From Rozella allomycis CSF55 (taxonomy: Eukaryota): a stretch of 59,181 bases of DNA. Both the position numbers and the translations under genes were made by a program. The notes under the pieces were generated by a model. The model was given only the letters and a program-made list of their open reading frames with translations, had not been told where the DNA came from and did no database searches. Within the stretch, counting starts at the first letter, position 1. Every line of letters starts with the position of its first letter. Shown here piece by piece: positions 26,371 to 40,608 of this stretch. The stretch spans positions 1-59,181 of the forward strand of contig KE561226.1 in the NCBI GenBank assembly GCA_000442015.1, written 5' to 3'.

Positions 26371-29300
26371 ATGCAAATTTTTTCCACGGTCCCTGATGAG
26401 CTTATAGAGCAATTCCGTGCCCTTTATGCAAATATAACGCAAGATCCCAATAAGCTGTGCAGAGAGCTGGAAGAGAAGGGTGTTGAATATTTGGAGCCGT
26501 TAACGCTTACTATTGAGACGGTGATCAAGGTATGTGTGTATTAAAGAGAGTATTTAGTATGACAAGCCTGATCTAGTTTTAATTTTTCTGCGCTGTTTGA
26601 CTGCTATTGTAAAGATTATATCAACGCCATTGACTCGCCAGTATGCGATTATGTTTAGCAAGTCGCTATTAACAAGGCATCGAAAGGCGATTAATAGATG
26701 GTTTTATATGAGCGAGGGAATAAATTTGGTAGCGGAAATGTGCATGTTGGGTCCGAATGTTGTAAAGGATGTTTTGGGCACTGTGGATATATCGGATGCG
26801 AAGGTTAAGAAAATTGTTGAGAGTAGGGGTGATAAGACTAGGAGGAGTGTGTTGGAATGGATTAGTGCGATGCTGGAGAATGGCAGTGAGAGTCAAGTGA
26901 GTGAGATTGTTTCTACGAAAGATTTCCTGTCGGTTTATTTTAAGAATTTGGGTGTGGATTCTTTTGAAAATGTTAGGAGGTGGATTGATTTGTTGAATAG
27001 ATGTGTTTTGGATAATGTGAAGATATCGAAGAATGCAAAGTTGGGAGTGTTTACGTTAAAGGCGCTTTCACAGACTGCAGATATTTTTCGTAATGAGAAG
27101 AGTGAGATGGAGTTAAAGGAGATAGTTTTTGAGTGGTTAAAGAAGATATGTTGTGAGCCTGGACAAGGAGTGTGTTTTAAAGATGAAGGATGGAGCAAGA
27201 CTAGAGTGAAGAATAAACTGTTGATGGATTTGATAAATGAAAAGTTGAATCCATTGGAATCAAAGTATGAATTTATGTTAACATTGGAAATATTGAAAGT
27301 GTGTCCTGAACTTGTTTGTGGATATTTTTCAAAGAAATATGTGAATCTTGAGTGTAAAGATGAAGAGTCTTGGATTGCTAGAATGGCTTTAGCGATTAAG
27401 ATTGTGCAGCAGCCAATACCAGAACAATTGACAGATAATATTAACGTGTTGATTGATAATGTGTGTCCAAGTGGTATGAATAAGAACGTGTTGACGAAGT
27501 TATTGCAAACAGAGAATGAAACGATTAGACATTTCACTCTTGCGCTTGTTTCTGCCTGTTGTAAAAGATTCGAAGATATTTTGAATAAATTGTTGGGTGA
27601 AGATTGGCGAGAAAAGAGGGAAGATTTGAAAATTATGTTTCGAAAGAGATTGGCAGATTTTCAAGTATTTGTTTCGATATTTCCCAAAGTGAAACAAGAA
27701 GAAAATGATTTGAATTCAATCAAGTTTATTTTAGAAATATTTTTATTTTTTGAAAAGAATTATCCCCACGTGATTTTGGATAATAGATTTGATTTTTCTA
27801 AATTGATTCCAAATAATTTAAAATCTTTAAAAGAAGAAGAAAAGGAGAATTATTTTGAGATTATGAAGCGAGTGAATGATATCTCATGGTTTAGTGGGGA
27901 AGAAACTATTTTTCTTCAATTGATAGAAATGGAAAGAAGAGATTTAGTTTATCATTGTATTTCATGTAGTGGTTTAATTGAGAATGAAGTATCAGCAATT
28001 CTAGTTTACAATTTACCTTTAAAGCAAACGCAAGTCTTTAAATTCTTGAATAATGTTCTTTTAACAGTTACAACGAAATCCAAACCATTTTTTGAAACGT
28101 TTATTGAACAAGGGCTAAGATTAATGAAATCTGAAAAAATGAAAGAGAATGAAAAGAAAAATATTGAAATATTTTTTGTTAAGATTTTGGCAATTTCTAG
28201 ATGGAGTGGCTTTGAGATTGAATCTATTCTAAAAATAGTTTTAGAAAAATTGAAAATAGAACAAATTCCAGATTATGCAGATTTGAAAAACGAATCTAAA
28301 ATTTTGAATGATTATTTTGAAAAAAATGATTTGTTTTATTTAATAAAGAATAAAAATTTTGATCTTGTTTTTGAAAGATTGAAGTTTGTTGAAAAGGAAA
28401 TGTTTAAAACGATTTCAACTTTATTAATTGAAGAGTATAAACAGAATGGATTAAAAATTATAAGAGATTGTTTGAATTTATTAAATTTCAAAGATAATGA
28501 ACGTTTGTTAAATATTTGTTTAGAAAAGGGGCATGATTCAAAAGAAGTTTTAGATTTAGTTTTATTAACAAATAAATATTCTCTTGTTAAAGATTATGTT
28601 GTACAAGTTAAAGATGATGAATTGACATGGGTTGTTAGAAATGAATTTTCTTTTGAACAACTTGAAAATATTTTACAATCTAAATTTTATCTTTTAAAAA
28701 TTTCATTTGAAAGAAATTTAGAAAATTTAATTCTATTAAAAGATTCATTAAAATTTTATCCCAAAGAAACAGAAAATTTTATTCTTTCTTCTTGCCTTTG
28801 CATTGAAAAGTTGGCTTCAAGTGTAAATGAAGATTGTATTACATTTTTACCATTTTCTTTAATTGCTTTATTTTCAAAATTTAATCTCAAGTTTAGTTTA
28901 AATTCAATCTTTTCTAATTCATTTCTTGATGAAATTTTGTCTTGTTCTGAATCAACTCTAAACATAAACCCTGAATTCACAATTGACATTCTTTGTCATG
29001 CTAAAAAGGAACATTTCAAACTTTTGTTAAATCAATTAATTCATTTAGATTTAAAATATATTAAATCTTTTATTGGAAAATATAAACATTCTAAAAAATT
29101 AGTTAACCAATTTAGAACATCTGAAAATTCCAAATTATTTTCTCTATTTTTAGAAACAGAAATATTTGGAAATTTCAAAATTAAATCTGATGAATTTTCA
29201 GAGTACATTTCAAAAGCATTAAAGCAATTCCATCTTTATTCCAACATTGATAAATGTTTAATTGAATATCCCGAATATTTTACCTTTTCAATTTGCGTCC

Positions 29301-30476
29301 AAATAATGCCCAGTACATTGGAAATGGATTCATCTGAAAGGATTTCGTTATTGTTAAATGTTGTAAAATTGCATCCATCTCTCTTAAATTTTGATGTCTT
29401 GTCTATTGCAGCTAATAAATATTCTTGGACTTGCAATGAAAAAGATATTCTTTTGAAAGAATTAATGACATTTGCTGAAACCAAATTAAATATTGAAATT
29501 GGTCATATTCTTTATAAATCATTTAATGAAATTCTTGATTTTGTTGATTCTAGTCTGATTTTTCAAACTATTCATCATGACAAGGGTTATGATTGTCAGT
29601 CATTGTTACTGCTGATTTCTCATTCTCTCAAAGACCAAACTGATTTAAACGTTTTTGCTTTTCTTAAATCTGGATTATTGGCCTTAATCATTTATTCTCT
29701 TTGTAACCAGGATTTGCTCACAAGGCAACTTGCCATTGGACTGTTAAATATTCTCTATTCTTATTTAAATCAATCAAGAAAAACAAATTATCCTTTGAAA
29801 GAAAGAATTAGAATCGCATTCTTTATTAATTTCTTGCTTTCATCAATAACTTCAATTGATGAATCTCTGCCATGTGTTTGTGCAATATTCTTGGCTGAAT
29901 CTAGTCTACTTTTGCTTAAACCTGATCATCCTGTTTATCCAATAATATGCAGATTCCTTTCAAAAACACCGTCTATTGAATTTGATGATCTACCCTTGTT
30001 TTACAGTTCCATCTATTCATCAAAAGATTCATTTAATGAAGAAAGATCTTGGATGTTCAAAATACTCTCAAATGGAATAAAAGATGAAAAAGTAATTTAA
30101 TTTGTGACTTATAAATAAAGAGCTTTGAAATTGTTAGAAAGAGGCATTGTTTCGACATTCTTCAAAACTTTTACAGCATATTGAATGATTCAAATCAAAA
30201 ATCACTAATAATTCAAGTAACTGTTTTCATTAATGTTGTTAGATTATTTATAATTGCGTCAATTCACACAAAATTCCTAACATCTCTTGTTGGGTCTATT
30301 TCACAATAATCAAAGAGCTGCGAAAGAAAAGGTTCACTTTAGCTTTCAAGTTGGTCCAGTTTTTAGATAAAATTAATGATAAGGTTACTATGCTTCAAGT
30401 CAAAGGTTTTATTGAACAGTCTAGTCATAATGTTAATGAAATGGCACAGATTTTTGACATTATAAATAAATATTAA
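26371..30476 (+). CDS. URB1: Nucleolar pre-ribosomal-associated protein 1 (URB1/Npa1)
   Basis: Large helical protein with N-terminal KICCEPGQGVCF..KNKLL and C-terminal NopRA1-like LLKPDHPVYPIICRFLSKTPSIEFDDLPLFY..ERSW. Three introns. Confidence 0.8.
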
Positions 30477-30530
30477 AGAGTTTAGATTTCAAATGTTAAA
30501 CTGTTATTTAAGATTTTCCGAAATATTACA

Positions 30531-32208
30531 ATGCTCAAAAAGCAAACCATTAAATACACCATTTCTATCGTGATGATGCTAATATTCAGTTTCGCTCTAT
30601 TAATGTCCCATAGACAAACCAAAGAAACAAATATTCGAGATGTCACGAGCGTTAACATAAGAAGCACCGTCCAACAATCGAATTTGCAGCCTCAAGTGGT
30701 CTATATACATGAACAAGAAAGTTTCAGTATTGTAACTGCAGTAAACACAGAGAATATGCCACGGTTACGTGAATTTGTTGGAGTAATTGGAATTTGAAAG
30801 TTTCAAAAAGGCAATTCACTCATTCCGCAGTGAAAGAGACAAATACAAGCGCATAATAATATTAACATACCGGTTAACTGCAAAGAATAGCAGGGAAATA
30901 CGGATGTGGGCGAATTGCGACATTTATGATATTGAAAGGGACTTGCTAAATGGAATTGGCCCTGTTGAAATTCCCGATATTAATCATTTGAATCATGACT
31001 TGTTGCTGTACGTTTTAAGTTTTGTAAAAGATAAATACTCTTCTTTTGTGTTTGTGCCGGTTTCTGTGGATTTTGGAAAAGACACGTTTGCGGTGATAAG
31101 GAATGCACTCATTACAAATGGGTACGTATTTACAAGCTCTAATGATATGCAAAGTTGGAAGTATTTGGACTATTCTGTGATAGGATTTGCAAGGAATAAT
31201 GTTTCGGATGTGCTGGTAGACGCTATGGTTAAATGTTCGCGGAGATATTCTTGCTCGTCGGAAACTGAAACTTTGATTACTAAGACTGAAACAGATTGCA
31301 TTGAAAGAAATAATTACAAGAAATTCAGTGATTTTGGATTGTCTATTGGAAACAGCGATCAAAAGCATTTCTGTAAATTGCTGTTAAGGGACGAATTACT
31401 TTACTCTCTTCTTCTCCCTCCAGTGGTAGATGGGAATGGGATTTTATCAAGTGGCAAGAAAAAAGTAGCGTTTGGAATTCCAACTCTTTCACACTCGTCT
31501 TTGAATTCACCAACAGACATTTCTTTATTTAAACACCTTTTGCCCTCCTTGATACGATCTTTGACAGATGATGAATTGAAAAATTATGATTTTGTATTGT
31601 ACATTGGTTTTGATGAAGAAGACAGATTTTTTGACAATGCAGACTCTTTCAATATAATTCTAAATAGATTCAAAGAACTTGTAGGGTCTAGGACAATTCA
31701 AATGGTTGCCTTGAAGTTTCCATTCACAAAAGGCTGGGTTACTTATTTGTGGAATAGCTTATTCGTTAAAGCTGTGCAAGATGGCTGCACTTATTTTTAT
31801 CAAATCAATGACGACATTATCATAAATTCAAGCGGATGGCTCAGCGACTTTGTTTCGACATTGAATGATAATAGTAACATTGGTGTCGTGGGTCCCAAAG
31901 ATCCTCTGCATGGGGATAGAGTCATGCTTACACAATCATTCGTTCATCGCACGCATTACGAGATTTTTGGCCGGTTGTATCCTTCAGATATTAAAGATTG
32001 GTATTCAGATGACTGGATGTCTGAAGTTTACGGGCCAAGTTTCACGAAAACCTTTCCTCAACATACCATAAATAATGTTAATGACAAGGGCACTAGATAC
32101 ACAGCTTGCGTGCGATTAGACTGGAAACCATACGTGGAATCCGGGAAGAAGATATTAGCAGAATGGAAGGAGAATTTATTGAAAAATAGACAGGTTAGTG
32201 TTACATAA
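30531..32208 (+). CDS. Type II membrane GT-A-fold glycosyltransferase
   Basis: N-terminal TM, one 28-nt intron, LYIGFDEED, WNSLFVKAVQDGCTYFYQINDD (DxD-like), NIGVVGP, FVHRTHYEIFG and DWYSDDW. Confidence 0.75.
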
Positions 32209-32321
32209 ATTTTTGATTCATCTTTTGCTATTTTTATCGTCCAATCACTTTTCACTAATTGTTCACGTTCACATATCATTACACATTCATAAAGTGGACA
32301 TGGTTATCGTTCATAAATATC

Positions 32322-32963
32322 ATGAAAATACATTTCGCATTATTCATCGGATTTATTTGTCACACAATGGCTCTCTCGGTGACATCTATTGCCGGGCTTG
32401 GCCAACACTGGGAAAGCGACGCAAAGGTATCCATGAGAATCTTTCTAGATCCTATAGCAAAAGAAAATATATCAAACATTAAGATAACATTGTGGCGAGA
32501 TATACGTTACTTTTTCGACATCAAATTGGCAAACGTCGCTTCATTCAATTTAACACGCTTACAAGAATATTCAAAACAGTTTTCTCATACCTCTTCATAT
32601 ATCAATATCGAATGTCGCACACCTTCTTTATTCGCATTCGACGCTACAACTGATCATGCATACTTGATTGTTGAAAACATGGACAAGGACGGTGTAGTAA
32701 AGTCGACACATCGTTCGGACGACTTTAAGTTTATTCCAAAGTTTCCCATGGCTTTTCCATCGCCTTGGTTTTCGCGAAACTTTGAGGACACTTGCGTGCT
32801 CACCCCTCCCCATGGCGCCGCTGACAATATCAGCAAGGAACCATCAAAATTACTAGCAGAACCAGTAATTATTCCAAATGGATTAAGTGACAAGCTTAAA
32901 GACGAGAATGCAATCATTCAAAAACACTTTGAATACAGCAGAAAATCTGATATAAATAAATGA
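32322..32963 (+). CDS. Hypothetical secreted protein
   Basis: Intronless ORF starting with signal-like MKIHFALFIGFICHTMALS. Confidence 0.65.
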   Translation: MKIHFALFIGFICHTMALSVTSIAGLGQHWESDAKVSMRIFLDPIAKENISNIKITLWRDIRYFFDIKLANVASFNLTRLQEYSKQFSHTSSYINIECRTPSLFAFDATTDHAYLIVENMDKDGVVKSTHRSDDFKFIPKFPMAFPSPWFSRNFEDTCVLTPPHGAADNISKEPSKLLAEPVIIPNGLSDKLKDENAIIQKHFEYSRKSDINK

Positions 32964-32983
32964 CACATTTGCAAATTTATTAG

Positions 32984-34497
32984 ATGAAAAATATTTTGAA
33001 CAACGATAGATACGTTATTATTAAGGAAATAGGACGTGGAACATCCAGCAAAGCATACCTTGCTCACGATAGAGTGACCAGAAACGAAGTTGCGATCAAG
33101 GAGGTTCATTTCGATTTGCTCCACAGTTCAAAAGAACGAGAGTTAGCTAGAAAAGAGGTCTCTCTTTTGTCAAAGCTAGATCATCCAAATATAATCAAGT
33201 ATCTGGATCATTTTGACGAAAAGGGTATGCTCTATTTGGTCATGGAATATGCAGATGGTGGTAAAACTTAGTTTCTGGTAAGAAAAGGGGACTTGCACTC
33301 ATTTTTGAGAAAGAGAAAAGACTTGGATTATTTAAAAGAAGGGCAATTATTGTCAATATTTATTCAGATCGTTTTAGCGCTGAATTACTTGCACGAGCAA
33401 AGAGTGCTTCATAGGGATGTGAAGACAAGAAATATATTTATGTATTCTAATTCGAATACAGTGAAACTGGGTGATTTCGGAATAAGTCGAGTTTTAGAAG
33501 AAACAATTGACCAAGCCAGAACCTCTATTGGAACGCCATACTATCTTTCGCCAGAAATTTGTGAATCTAAACCATATAATGAAAAATCTGATTGTTGGGC
33601 ACTAGGTTGCGTGCTATATGAAATGTGTACTTTAAAACACCCATTTGATGCAAGTACAATCAAATCCTTGATGGCAAAAATAACAAGAGGAATTTATCCT
33701 CCGATTCCTTCGTAAGCATTTAAAACATTTGATATAGCTTGTATTCATCAAACTTGAAGCAACTCATTGATCGATTACTTTACCGCAAGCCGGAAGACAG
33801 GCCAACAACAGCAGATATCTTAGCCTTACCATTTATCCAGCAAAAGAGTCTGATATATGTCACTCATCAAAGACAATCAAATGTCATTAGACAACTAAAG
33901 GACGATATTTCCATCCAAGCAATCCCCATAGATGAGAAAGACTTGACTTCAAGATATTTGAAGCTTTGCAAAAGGTACCATTTTATTCTAAATAGATTAA
34001 GTCTTGGAGAAGAAAAAGCATTCAGAATAATGGCCCAATTTCTATTTGGCAATGTTCCTGTTGAGACTATTATTAGCAAGTTTAGAAAGTCTGATAGTGA
34101 ATCCTTTATCGAGATTGTAAGGCATATTCAAAGTAGCTTGAATGAAACTTCTGAAAAAATACATGACGAAATGAGTAACCTACGCATCCATAAGTCGAAC
34201 ATAGAAGAGGAATTCGATGACTACCCATCATTTAAAGGAAAGATATTGCGCTTTCCAGAATCAATTTCAAATTGGGACTATTTAGAGCACCTTAGAATCT
34301 TTATTGCGGACTATATTGGTGTCCCGGCCCTGATTGAAGCATACAAGTGGTTGCAAAAAGATAAAGCCTGGTTACAAAGTGATGTATTTTTAAACAAAAT
34401 TGCGAATGAGAGTAATTGCAGAGTTAATGACTGTCAAGATATTTGTCAATTAATTCTCTGGCTTATTCAAAGAGAAAAACAGCTAGAGAACGAATAA
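32984..34497 (+). CDS. NIMA-related (NEK1/3/5-like) Ser/Thr kinase
   Basis: IGRG, VAIKE, HPNII, MEYADGGDL, LHRDVKTRNIF, KLGDFGISRVL and IGTPYYLSPEICESKPYNEKSD. Two introns. Confidence 0.93.
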
Positions 34498-34615
34498 AGC
34501 ATTGAATTTCGTGTTTGAATTCAGTCATTTCATATTTCATTAATTTCTTGACGCCGATCTTTGCCATCAAAATTAACCACAAAACTTTTGGAATTTTCAT
34601 AGTGACATATTTTTG

Positions 34616-35535
34616 ATGTATATAGACAGGACTGATGATTACCATCACTTAATTCATAGCTCACTGAAAAGCGACAATCCCCATGTGTTTACAAAAGTTA
34701 CACCCATTAGAGATCCGTTTTTGAAAGAGGCCTATTCGACGGTATGTATAACGCCGTTGAAAAATTAGATTCACAAAATAGAAGTGTTGAATTCCTATTT
34801 AGAAGAAAATAGACACGAATACTGCCAGCCTGAAGCTATAAAGATGTCCAATGAACGAACGTCTGATTTGGATTCTCAAAGCAGTATGTTTATTCAAGCA
34901 TGCATGCAAAAAATTCAAACTATGGAATTAAGTTGTAAGAAGAATAGAGATGATAAAAATACCGACAAAGCCATTCATAGGGAAAGCGTGATATGGTACT
35001 TGAATAAGAAACTTGCTGAGGCTGCTGGATTGAAAAGGCAACTACAGGAAATACGACTTGATCATCAAATGAAAAATAAGGAAAAGTAAATATCACAAAT
35101 ATTCTTTTTCAGTGTTCTTCATCTGATGCAATCACAGGCTTCTCCGATTTTTGGAGAAAACGATGACACTGAATTTGAAAAATATGATCTCCAAGAAACC
35201 CTCTTATTAGAAGAAGAAAATAAAAATATTGCTAATCGGTTCAATTCCTTAATAGATCAACTAGAGTACAGAATCAGATCTTTTGCAATAGGGTAACTGA
35301 GAAAAGCCTTCATGAAGTCGCTAACTTGCAAGCAATTTTGGAACATCATTTAGCTATTCAATCAAAGCAAATAGAATTTATTCACCAGGATTCTTTACTT
35401 ACCCAAGAAAATTTACAAGATGGAAATCGAGAATTGTTAAGTGCTAAAGCACATGGCTCTGATTTCCGAAAGTACGTCCTGCTCTTCTTACTAATATCTT
35501 CATTGGTACTACTTTTTCTTGATTGGTATGACTGA
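34616..35535 (+). CDS. Syntaxin-18/Ufe1 ER Qa-SNARE
   Basis: N-peptide IDRT, DPFLKEAY, HRESVIWYL, SNARE motif LQAILEHHLAIQSKQIEFI..GNREL, and C-terminal TM ending LLFLDWYD. Confidence 0.85.
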
Positions 35536-35605
35536 TCAAACGATAAAAAATAAATACGAGGTGCCGTTTTGCCTAGCAACCGCATTTCGTTTTCCTTCAT
35601 ATTAA

Positions 35606-37081
35606 ATGCTGAATAACTTTTGTTGCTTTAAGTTTAAAAAATCCAAGATAACGCCAGAAACTAAAACAAATGTTAATATTATGTTAACTAGTGAAACCGG
35701 TAACAATACATTCTTGCATAAAGCTCAAAAATCTTTTTCAGATGGTTCAAAATCTTCTAGCAATAAATCTTTCAATTTAACTAATGAAGAGGTTAAGTCA
35801 AAGGCATTGGAATCATTTGGAGCTACTCGATTGGAATCTACGACCGTGTCAACACGTCAAGCTTTGTTGCGGCGAAGATGGTCATTACCAGCAGAGGTGC
35901 CATTCCAACAATCAAGCTCTAAGCATGATAAGAAAGCTTTGACAATGAAGAAATTAGTCAGCAAAGAAGAAGAAACTTCTAGAAATATATTCAACAAAAC
36001 TGATTCCAATAGTATCTCATCGAAAAAATCCAACTCTAGCTCAAAACACAGCGCTATATCCAGCCCAACTGTCCCGAGTATCATGGAAGCGGATGACGAC
36101 TTGCAAGTCCTGGATGAAATAGAAAAGGAGATGTTCCCTAATTTGAGCAATCAATCTAATGACACAGAAGTTCAAACTCCAACCAAAGAAAATCCTCGAA
36201 GAACAATAAGAACAGACCTCTCTAGATCCGGAAGCATTGTTTCAGAGAAGTCTATTCAACAAAGCGTTGTAATTATGTCCCCTGGTGGACCGATAGAAGT
36301 ATCTATTGAATCACTTAAGAGTATAAATGGAAATGCAAACTATAATGATGCGGTGGGCGCAACATCTCCCAATGAAGATCGTAGGAACTCAATATCGAGT
36401 TATTCCAATATACCGGCATTAAAACTTTCCTCTACATCTAATGTCTCAAATTCTTCAAGAAGGACTAGAAGAAGTTCAGTTGGATCTTTAAGACCATCCT
36501 TGACTCCACAGAGTAGAGCATCCGAACCTGATGGGTCGCAGTCAATATCTTTTGGAGTTTCAATGCTAAAATTCGAGTCTGAATTAAAAAAGAAGTTAAC
36601 CCCGAAAAGAATTAGACCGGATAAAGTTATAATTCAAAAGCACTCGATTGGGAAGGAGATGTACTTTCTTTTATCTGGGACAGTCCAAGTACTATCGGGC
36701 GATGGGAAAAGAGTTTACAACACAATAAAGGAAGGCTCGTTTTTTGGAGAGCTTGGGGTACTATTTAATGTACCGAGAACCGCCACAATTAAATCTGTTG
36801 GATGGTGCACTTGCCTTATATTAACGAGGAAGGATTTAGAGGACACTTTAACGAACTATCCTGAAATTGCTGAACGTTTTCGAATGATAGCAGAAACAAG
36901 AATGTTACAAGTCAGCGCCGCGAGAACCAGAAAGCAACGAATGGACCACATTAATATAAAGTTAGACGTTCCAGGTACACTAAACGGTAACATCATATTG
37001 AAATAGAAAAGATTAGAAGAACAGGAACCTCAAACGACTGAAAAGAATCCAGATGCTAATAAAGATGAACAAGTTTTGTAA
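35606..37081 (+). CDS. Cyclic nucleotide-binding domain protein with Ser-rich N-region
   Basis: GKEMYFLLSGTVQV..GSFFGELGVLFNVPRTATIKS cNMP cassette. A probable 30-nt terminal intron extends the ORF from 37006 to 37081. Confidence 0.85.
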
Positions 37082-37101
37082 TAAACTATCGAATTTATAT
37101 T

Positions 37102-37577
37102 TTAAAAAGACTTGACTCTTTCCAAGACTACATCATAATCAACTTCACTCAATTCAGTTGCTTGAATTTCGGTTGAGACTCCGACGAGTTTCTTGCGTAG
37201 AGCATCCTTGCTACTGGCATACAACATTTTTTGCTTCACCTTGGAAGTTTCTGGAGCCCTTGAATGACCAAAAATAATAGTTTTTACCATACGTAAAAGC
37301 AAATCTTGTTGCGCATTCCTTCCGAGGCTGATTTCTCAAATTCAAAGTCGTAAACGGCATAACGACAATCGTCTGATGGAAGATCATTGACAAAAGAATT
37401 GTAATCAGCTTTTTCAACGGCCTTTTCTACTTCAATAGATTTGAAATCGTCAGTGAGTTTATAAATTACATACAGATATTTCTTCTTTAGTTTAAGTTCT
37501 TGAAATATAGTGACGCAATCGTCGTGGACAGTTACTCCGGAAGACTACCATAAACAATGGCGAGTGTCTCTTACCAT
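37102..37577 (-). CDS. COF1: Cofilin/ADF
   Basis: [42 protein letters not shown]. An intron directly follows the ATG. Confidence 0.96.
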
Positions 37578-37674
37578 AATGCCAGGGTGGTATGGCGCAG
37601 TTATTGTCAGCTTAAATAAGGTGATAATAAATTAAGATATAATTAGAATCTAGCAAATAGAAATCAGAAAATAA

Positions 37675-40067
37675 TTATGAAAAATTGGCTTTATATTTTT
37701 TCATCTCTATCATCACTGACTGAATATTTATGGGATCTACTTTTAATTTTTGCGAGCTCTTTTTTCCAACTTTCTTTTCCAATGCCATCAAAAACCTTTG
37801 ATAGCACAATATGGTTTCCTTAAATATACTTTGCAGAATGTCAGTTCCAGTTTTGAGGTTGGGGAAAGAACGTAGACTATTATTACTTATCTCTGATAAA
37901 GACTGTTGCCAAGAAGAATTAAAAAAACTAATTGTTAATTCTAAAAGTTCTATAACATATTTACAGTTTGGCTTACCTGGCGAAGTGTTTACAGGATCCT
38001 TTTCCAACTCACCCAAGCAATCAATAAGTTTGCCAAAATGGGATTTCAATTCAGCATCTTTGTACTCATTTAAGTATGTGTTTAATAAATTGTTAAAATT
38101 TTCCTTCGCCTCGTACACAGCTGTTGTATTCAACTCTGTCAAAACAGCACAAATTAGGTCAAAATTGTTTATCAGGAATATAAGCTGCTCCTTTGTATTA
38201 GTGAATCCATTTGAAAACTTTTGAATGTATGCCTTGAATTCGCTATTTAATCTTTCCAGACTATTCAATATCGCAGGATCATTGTAACCTTCATTCAAGA
38301 TTAATATCGATCCAAAGAATTCAGAAAACTTTCTGGTAACCTTAAATTTTTTAGACTTAAAATGTTTACATGTGTGTTGTGAATATCTGAAGGCGAAACC
38401 TGACGTAATTCTATTTTTCGTAGGCTATTGGTATGTTGTTCAATAATAGATTGATATCTAGGCCAAAGAATTATGTTGAGTTGATTAAAAAACGAATCTA
38501 AACAAGTTAATTTCTTTCTTTGCACGATTTTCATATTTTCTGAGTTTATTCTAATACACAACAAAACAGCCAGGGCATCAGCAGTCAAATCAACATATTG
38601 CTTTATTGAAGTTTGAATTAATCTTAAAGTTGGGCCAAATATTATGAAAAATAAATCCAATTTTCCTTCCATTGACTGATGGGATTCTTGAAAATAATCA
38701 CAAAGGAAATTAAACTCTGAACATGAATTATCGATCAAAAGTTTGTTTAAACTTGCAAACAAAACTTCAAATGTGAATTTCTTACTATAAATTAGAACAT
38801 GTCTATTACTTGATTCTTTTCTTCCGCTATGTGTGGCAAAATTGGATTTGAATCAAGGTTCTGGAGAATATTCTTCCTGTCTCCCAATGTAAATACATTT
38901 CCTTTATCTTTTTGTTTTGAACTGCTGAATGAAAACCCCTTTCTTGCTATCTCAATTGACCCGATCAAATCACTTTTATCGGCTATGACAGTCTATGTAA
39001 AGTTTCCAAGAATGTTACTTGAAGCCTAAGAAGAGAATTAATGTAGTTTGTAAAATGATGTTCGTAATAACCCATCACCACCTCAAAGTATCCAACCACA
39101 ACTTCCCTTGCTACAATTGGCAAATGACGCACGAGAAATGCATACATAGATTTGTTTTTTACTAAAATTTGTTGCAATGCAGCCAAATTAGTTCTTAAAA
39201 ATCTTATCTGCCTAAATTTGTCGACAAAGAAGTCGTATATTTTCTCTCCTGCCTTGATCTTCAATTTCTCAAATTCTGGGGTTATATCAATAACAGCTTT
39301 TAGTTCGACATATTCATCTTTCTTTAAATAAAGTAGATGCCCTGATAAAGCATTAAGAGCCCTATGAAATTCTGAATCAATTTCTCCTTGAAAAATGCAC
39401 TTGATCATTTCAGCAGGTATCACGAGTTCTTTTAACAAGCCTTGAAGTTTAATTTGAACTTCCTGGATTATAGAAACCAAATAAACATACCTTTCTATTT
39501 CTCAACTTTACATTCAACTTGTTTGATTCATTATGAAGCCTTTGAATATCTGAACTCATGTTCTTTATGTTTAGTTGAAATTGAAGCAAAAGAGCTTCCA
39601 TTGTCTCTAAAACTCTATCGCAGGCCTTTCTTGTAAAAATCCATCGCATTACTTTCACTTCTTGATCCAATTTCTTCAATGTTTCACTTTGATCAATATC
39701 TAATTGATATAATTAAAACCAATTCTTACAATCTTTTAAATGACTCTTTTCAATGTTTTGAAGCTCTTTGTCAATCTCTTTTGCGTAATCCCTTAAATCA
39801 ACCCCGTTGGCGATGGCGCTTTTTATTCTGCTGTCTTCATAAAATTCTGACAAACGATCTATATCTGCAAATATTTGAAAATACCCCCAATGTTTTCTGC
39901 AGATTCAATTATTGATTTTCCTTCGTCAATTATCGAGTTTTGTTGATTTTTCCATTTTTCAAACTATGATTGAATTTAATCAAGCTCTATACTTCATTTT
40001 CATCTATATCATTAAAAATACTGGAGAGCAAAGGAACATGACTCCATGTCAATGTTTCTTGATTCAT
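37675..40067 (-). CDS. VPS52: GARP complex subunit Vps52
   Basis: GVDLRDYAKEIDKEL, CDRVLETMEALLLQFQ..MSSDIQRL, PEFEKLKIKA, LIDNSCSEFNF, LWPRYQ and LIFLINNFDLI. Start codon less certain. Confidence 0.9.
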
Positions 40068-40174
40068 TAACGGAATTTTCCACTAAAAACAAAAATATGG
40101 CAAATTTGGCCTCAATTCTAAGAATGTTTAAAAAAAATACTTTATAGGAGATAGTTTTATATTTTTATTAATAT

Positions 40175-40608
40175 TTACATTCCTAATATTTTGAAATCAT
40201 TATTTGAATATGCCTTCTTTAGCAGATCTTCATATTCTCTGTAGCTCTCCTCGGCCATTTTCAGCATTTCTTCACAAAGATGCAAAGCATTTTCTGGTGT
40301 AATTGGTGTTGTTGCATCAACGTCTTTGCATTTTCCATAGTGCTGAATCTTTTCACAATAGTCTTTCACTTTGGTAATCCCTAAAGCAGCAGAGCTTCCT
40401 TTTAAAAAATGACCTAACTTTGACACCTCTATTAAATTATTCTCTTTTCTATGTTATGCGAAAAGTTTAATACATACATCGCATTTCTCATGGACTCAAA
40501 GGTGGATGTTGCTTGCTCAAAATAGTTAGTCACAAGATCTTTGGAAAATTCATGGTCGTCATTTTCATCCATCATTAAAATCTGCTCGAAAACCTCAATG
40601 TCAATCAT
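40175..40608 (-). CDS. YPD1: Histidine phosphotransfer (Hpt) protein, Ypd1-like
   Basis: IDIEVFEQILMMD..HEFSKDLV.NYFEQA and LGHFLKGSSAALG..CEKIQHYG. One 29-nt intron. Confidence 0.93.
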
